In this document: piece by piece, positions 58,561 through 64,000 of the stretch | Position numbering within the stretch: position 1 is the first letter of the stretch | Layout: each line of letters begins with the position of its first letter | NCBI RefSeq assembly: GCF_009914755.1 | Contig: NC_060927.1 | Length of the DNA stretch: 64,000 bases | Reading direction: 5' to 3' (one strand) | Origin: the human T2T-CHM13v2.0 reference genome, Homo sapiens | Notes under the pieces: generated by a model | What the model was told of the DNA's origin: nothing | The model's database searches: none | Seen by the model: only the letters and a program-made list of their open reading frames with translations | Program-made: the position numbers and the translations under genes

Positions 58561-58914
58561 GATTACGATGACTATTACTATCGTAAATTACTCCCAGCTT
58601 TCGGGCAGAAGGCTCATTCCAGATATTCCTGTCCCCTCTGAGGCCTCCCGACCCTGCCAGCCCAGGCAACCTCCCCCGCGCACGGCCACCGTGACCCCAG
58701 CGCGGGCGCCGCCGCCGGACCCCCGTTACCTGGGGCCAAACGCGACTTGTCGCCACCTTGCGTCCTGGGCCCTGCCTCCCTCCCGGCCGCCTCCCGACCC
58801 CGCGGCTGCTGCGGAGGCGCCCCCAGCCCAGCCGGGCCCAGGCGGTGCGGGATGCCTCGGCGGGGCTGGCGGCGGCGGCCGCGCTGCGCGCTCCGGCGGA
58901 GGGGAGGGGGCTCC

Positions 58915-58915
<1 letters not shown>

Positions 58916-58960
<45 letters not shown>
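58916..58960 (+). repeat. (CGG)15 pure trinucleotide repeat
   Basis: Counted directly: 45 uninterrupted nt. Confidence 0.95.
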
Positions 58961-59319
58961 GCCCGGCGGGGGGCAGAGCCAAGAGGCGCGGCGGCAGCAG
59001 CGGAGGAGTAGGAGGAGACGGAGGAGGATGCGGGGGGCTGCGGACGGTGGCGAGGCCCTGTCCGCAGTGAAGCCCGCGGCGCCTAGGGCGCAGGGAGTGG
59101 CCGCCTCCTCCTGCGCGCACCATTCCTGAGATGGCGGCGGCGGCGGCACAGCGGCGGCTCGGGGAGCCCAGGAGGGGCCGGCCGGGAGCGGGCTGAGCCC
59201 CGCAGGACGGGGAGCTCGCCCAGGGCCGGCGGAGCGGCGGAGCTCGGGCCGGGCGGCCTGCGGGAGCGGCGAGGCAGGGGACGGCCCCGGGGCGGAGCGC
59301 ACGGCCTGGTGAGGCCGCG

Positions 59320-60447
59320 ATGGCGAACGCGAGCGAGCCGGGTGGCAGCGGCGGCGGCGAGGCGGCCGCCCTGGGCCTCAAGCTGGCCACGCTCAGCCTG
59401 CTGCTGTGCGTGAGCCTAGCGGGCAACGTGCTGTTCGCGCTGCTGATCGTGCGGGAGCGCAGCCTGCACCGCGCCCCGTACTACCTGCTGCTCGACCTGT
59501 GCCTGGCCGACGGGCTGCGCGCGCTCGCCTGCCTCCCGGCCGTCATGCTGGCGGCGCGGCGTGCGGCGGCCGCGGCGGGGGCGCCGCCGGGCGCGCTGGG
59601 CTGCAAGCTGCTCGCCTTCCTGGCCGCGCTCTTCTGCTTCCACGCCGCCTTCCTGCTGCTGGGCGTGGGCGTCACCCGCTACCTGGCCATCGCGCACCAC
59701 CGCTTCTATGCAGAGCGCCTGGCCGGCTGGCCGTGCGCCGCCATGCTGGTGTGCGCCGCCTGGGCGCTGGCGCTGGCCGCGGCCTTCCCGCCAGTGCTGG
59801 ACGGCGGTGGCGACGACGAGGACGCGCCGTGCGCCCTGGAGCAGCGGCCCGACGGCGCCCCCGGCGCGCTGGGCTTCCTGCTGCTGCTGGCCGTGGTGGT
59901 GGGCGCCACGCACCTCGTCTACCTCCGCCTGCTCTTCTTCATCCACGACCGCCGCAAGATGCGGCCCGCGCGCCTGGTGCCCGCCGTCAGCCACGACTGG
60001 ACCTTCCACGGCCCGGGCGCCACCGGCCAGGCGGCCGCCAACTGGACGGCGGGCTTCGGCCGCGGGCCCACGCCGCCCGCGCTTGTGGGCATCCGGCCCG
60101 CAGGGCCGGGCCGCGGCGCGCGCCGCCTCCTCGTGCTGGAAGAATTCAAGACGGAGAAGAGGCTGTGCAAGATGTTCTACGCCGTCACGCTGCTCTTCCT
60201 GCTCCTCTGGGGGCCCTACGTCGTGGCCAGCTACCTGCGGGTCCTGGTGCGGCCCGGCGCCGTCCCCCAGGCCTACCTGACGGCCTCCGTGTGGCTGACC
60301 TTCGCGCAGGCCGGCATCAACCCCGTCGTGTGCTTCCTCTTCAACAGGGAGCTGAGGGACTGCTTCAGGGCCCAGTTCCCCTGCTGCCAGAGCCCCCGGA
60401 CCACCCAGGCGACCCATCCCTGCGACCTGAAAGGCATTGGTTTATGA
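59320..60447 (+). CDS. GPR27: G protein-coupled receptor 27 (SREB1), 375 aa, single coding exon
   Basis: [24 protein letters not shown]...CDLKGIGL with seven hydrophobic segments, N-terminal NAS sequon, SREB-type TRY and [23 protein letters not shown] motifs, and a strong Kozak (gcgATGG). Confidence 0.98.
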   Translation: MANASEPGGSGGGEAAALGLKLATLSLLLCVSLAGNVLFALLIVRERSLHRAPYYLLLDLCLADGLRALACLPAVMLAARRAAAAAGAPPGALGCKLLAFLAALFCFHAAFLLLGVGVTRYLAIAHHRFYAERLAGWPCAAMLVCAAWALALAAAFPPVLDGGGDDEDAPCALEQRPDGAPGALGFLLLLAVVVGATHLVYLRLLFFIHDRRKMRPARLVPAVSHDWTFHGPGATGQAAANWTAGFGRGPTPPALVGIRPAGPGRGARRLLVLEEFKTEKRLCKMFYAVTLLFLLLWGPYVVASYLRVLVRPGAVPQAYLTASVWLTFAQAGINPVVCFLFNRELRDCFRAQFPCCQSPRTTQATHPCDLKGIGL

Positions 60448-61354
60448 GGGAGGCCCCGCCACATAGACCCCCAACCCAGCCTTTCCCTTTGGCTCGGACG
60501 GTGACGTTGTATCTTTTCCTTCTGGCCCCTGTTTAATTTTCTAAGCTGCCTTCAAAATGACTCGAAGTGGACAGACACTTGGATTGTACTGACTCCTTTG
60601 GGGGTGGGGTGGGTGAGGAGTAGGATGCTCAGCCCACTCCAGCTCCGCACATTCGTCCTCCTAACTCGACTTTCTTCCTGACAATAGGCCCTGCAGTCTT
60701 TTTGTAGCGGTACTGACGTCTTTTATTCCATGTGTGGTTCCTTTTTTTCTTTTTCTATAAAGGCTGTACTAATTTTCTTCATGCAACGTTTCCTAAAGAC
60801 CATGGCCAGTTTTCTACAGAAGCTATTTTTGACAACCTCAAGTGGCATTACATTTTGCAGTGAAGTAGAGGAACCTAGGGGGACTTCTTCACAAGTTAGA
60901 TTTCTTGAGGATCTTCTGTTGGAAGCAGGAGAAAGTGGGGGGTGGGGGGAAGTTGTCCGAAATGCCCTCTGAATTGCCGGCTGCAGGGTCCTTGTGCTGC
61001 GCTGGTTCTTTGAAAGTCTCAGTGTTGATATTGAACTTAAAGAGCAGAGATGGAGATCAGTAGCAAGGCAGTCATTTTTTTAAAGCAGTAAGTAACAAGT
61101 AAGATTTGGTTCCCGGTTTACTTTCTGCTGCTAAAAACCACGTCAGTGACAACTGCTCTCTGTATTATAGCAATCTTGAATGGAAACATTTCTGTCAAGT
61201 TGTAAGTTTTAAAAGAGTAAAGTGTTTTGGTTAGTAATGATGTGGAGAAAAATACAGTATTGCATGTGTTCGTGTGTATAGATTGTGGTTCGAGGATTGG
61301 GAGGGCTCTGAGAAGCAGAGTACTACATCAAAATTGTTTTAAGTATTTTTTGCC

Positions 61355-61360
61355 AATAAA
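61355..61360 (+). terminator. Candidate GPR27 polyadenylation signal AATAAA
   Basis: Canonical hexamer ~0.9 kb after the stop codon, in an AT-rich 3' region with GT/T-rich sequence downstream. The true end may lie further 3'. Confidence 0.45.
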
Positions 61361-62506
61361 AAATTAATTTTATGGAAATGGCTTGTGCTTTGAGAAGCCC
61401 AGTTTTATTCTGTCTTATGAAACTAATTTCCACTTTGAAAATTGTTCTTCTGTTGTTTATGGTATAAATGAATGGAATATAATGATATCCTCCTTCTAGG
61501 AAACAAAGCATTTCCTTAAAATGTTTGCTAGGTTAAGCTGTGCTGTTCTACTGATGGTTGTTTTAAATTAATAATGAGAACTATAATTTAAATAATATTT
61601 CTTTGTTAGACATTATAATGTTAAACTGAAAGACTAAATTCTGCAAGTACTATATAATATTTTTGGCTTATAATGCTACATTTTTATTAATGTACCTTCC
61701 GTTTTGAGGATTTATATCTGTATTTCTCTTTGCATTATACAAATATACCAGTATTTTCATTCTGGAGTGGTTGTTTTGTTGTGGTGGTGGTGGTGTTTGA
61801 GGCTGTAATAATACATGCGTCGAAGTATGTTACATGCCTCTAAGTATGTTATGTAAGGATAACATGCTCTATGATCCTTTTAGCACGTGTTCTTCAGTTA
61901 CAGGTTTCATAGTTTGACCATCAGCATATCCAAGAAAAGTGGAGGCTTAATTTAAAATGCAAGATAAAATCTGCGAAACTTTTCTTTAAAGGGAAGAAGC
62001 AGTAGACATATATACGGCTTTAAAACTGTTTTTTTATTTGGATGACAACATTTCAATGACTATTCGTTAAATGACATAAAAAAGCTTTTAAGTAAACATA
62101 TCAAACTCAAGTACAAGCGATCATTTTGATAAAAGTACTAGGTAAAAGTGGGGGTGGTAGATTATATTGAAATTTAGCTGAGTATAATATAAACTATTAA
62201 ATGTTCAGTCCAATGGGAATAAGTTATAAAAAGAGTGTGGCCAATTTAATTGATCTCTGGTAAATAGGCTGCATGATTTTATTTTGTTGTGGAAGTTAAT
62301 CAGTCTGTGAAGACAGTCTCACACTTGGAAAATATGAGACAGTTACCCTATTTCTCCCCACATCATGAATCCAGGTTGGCCTCAATCATCCAAGGGCCAC
62401 TGATCGGAAACCTCAGCCAACCCCAAGATAGAGGAGCCCAGAAGTACCTCTCTCCTCATCTAACCCTCCACCTGCCCAAGTGATCTCAGTTCCAAATAGA
62501 GGTCGA

Positions 62507-62800
62507 ACCAGTCTACGATGGCTCATGCCTGTAACCCCAGAACTTTGGGAGGCTGAGGCAGGAGAATTGCTTGAGACCAGGAGTTTGAGGCCAGCCTAAG
62601 CAACATAGCGAGACCATGTCTCTACAAAAAATCAAAAAATTAGCTGGGTGTGGTAATGTGCACCTGTGGTCACAGCTACTGGGGAGGCTGAGGTGAGAGG
62701 ATGGCTTAAGCCCATGAGGTCAAGGCTGCAGTGAGCCATGACTGTGCCATGGCACTGTAGCCTGGATGACAGAGCTCTCGAGACCCTGTCTCAAAAAAGC
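62507..62800 (+). mobile_element. AluJ-like SINE
   Basis: Alu dimer consensus. Confidence 0.88.
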
Positions 62801-63748
62801 CCCCAAAACAGAGATCACCAAGTCTCTGTGATTTTCCCACCTGGCATGGCACAGGAACCAGCCCATCATGGCTGACTCCTGAGCCACTCCAGCTTTGGGC
62901 AGCAGCTCAGCTGCACCAGAGGTGACGTGTTGGCCTGACATAGCCTTGAATTCAAGGGATATTTTGTCATATGAGAATTCATAAGCCAGAGGTTCTCAAA
63001 TTCTAACATTCATACAAATTAAGTGTCTGTGTGATCCAGAGTCTTATGAGGACATGTTGAGTTGGGTCCTGGGGAAAAGCATTTCAACAGGTTCCTCAGG
63101 TGGTTGGAGACAGACCTCCAGGACTTCGTTCAGACATGATTTACTTCAGACATGATGCGTTCAAACTTGGCTACCTGGGTTTTTTATTTTTATGTTTTAA
63201 AGTTCTGATTAGATGGGGGAAGGCAAGATTTCTAGTGAGTGTGCAGGTGAGAGTAGCAAGAAATAACAGCCAACTAAAGGAAACGAGAACCAAAAGAGCC
63301 AGAGAAACAAGCTATGTAGCAGAAAGTGGGGAGGTGCAAAGGGCCACCCCAACAGCTTTTAGGATTGGTGAATCTATTAACATGTACTTTGATAGTTAAT
63401 TACATTAATCAAAAATTATAAAAAAAAAAAAAAGGTTAGTTGTGTCCACAGTACTCTACTTATTGTACCAGCACAGGCACCATGTATTTAGGGAAGATTT
63501 CATTAAAATTGCTCATTTTATTTATTTGGGAAGTTAATTTAGCACAACTTCCCCACCCTCCCACGCAGTTGTCACTATACTTGAAGCAATGTAGGCTTCC
63601 CGTACATAGATCTTTGTCTGTATGTTCTAGCATGGAATTGCTGGGTCAAAAGAAGCATTTTTAGGACTTTTGATATCTTGTCAAATAGTTTTGTAGAAGG
63701 ACCATATGTCTATATGTCTGTTTAAATGTACAGTACACCTGACATATT

Positions 63749-64000
63749 CTTTTTTTTTCTTTTGAGACAGAGTCTCGCTCTGTTGCCCAGCTTGGATTGC
63801 AGTGGCGTGATCTCAGCTCACTGCAACCTCCACCTTTGGGTTCAAGTAGCTGGGATTACAGCTCAGCCTCCCAAGTAGCTGGGATTACAGGCGCCTGCCA
63901 CCAGGCCCAACTAATTTTTGTATTTTTAGCAGAGACAGGGTTTCGCTATGTCGGCCAGGCTGGTCTCTAACTGTTGGCCTCAAGTGGTTTACCAGCCTTG
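63749..64000 (-). mobile_element. AluS-like SINE, running off the window end
   Basis: Alu consensus with an internal 19-nt duplication. Confidence 0.88.

Larger units (their letters stand above)
58640..60480. promoter_or_regulatory. CpG island covering the GPR27 promoter, 5' region and CDS; probable bidirectional promoter
   Basis: Dense CpG from ~58640 to the end of the GPR27 CDS, plus a minus-strand donor at 58728-58730. Confidence 0.88.

Noticed and set aside
58403-59426. Minus-strand 299-aa and 270-aa ORFs with polyPro and polyAla
   Set aside because: Low-complexity CpG-island ORFs, not called as genes. They are noted only as potential repeat frames.
59406-60536. Alternative-frame (376 and 239 aa) and antisense (333 aa) ORFs overlapping GPR27
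   Set aside because: These are expected shadows of a very GC3-rich CDS, with mostly non-ATG starts and no recognisable domains.

Overview
Human (primate) genomic DNA, recognisable as the EIF4E3 / GPR27 locus (chr3p13 from recall). The minus strand carries coding exons 1-4 of EIF4E3 (class III eIF4E cap-binding protein, aa 1-135), starting at a CpG-island promoter at ~30-31 kb; the remaining exons lie left of the window. The plus strand carries the intronless orphan GPCR GPR27/SREB1 (59320-60447) inside a second CpG island. That island also holds a pure (CGG)15 repeat, several uORFs and a minus-strand splice donor that fits a distal EIF4E3 first exon. The rest is intronic or intergenic and dense in Alu, L1, L2, MIR, MaLR LTR and MER elements. 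The most unusual unexplained structure is a diverged ~416-bp tandem module at 33.6-34.6 kb. It consists of a MIR followed by a pair of RFX X-boxes with identical 19-nt spacing, and it overlaps a candidate MIR-derived non-coding EIF4E3 exon. Repeat subfamily names and boundaries are by-eye estimates.
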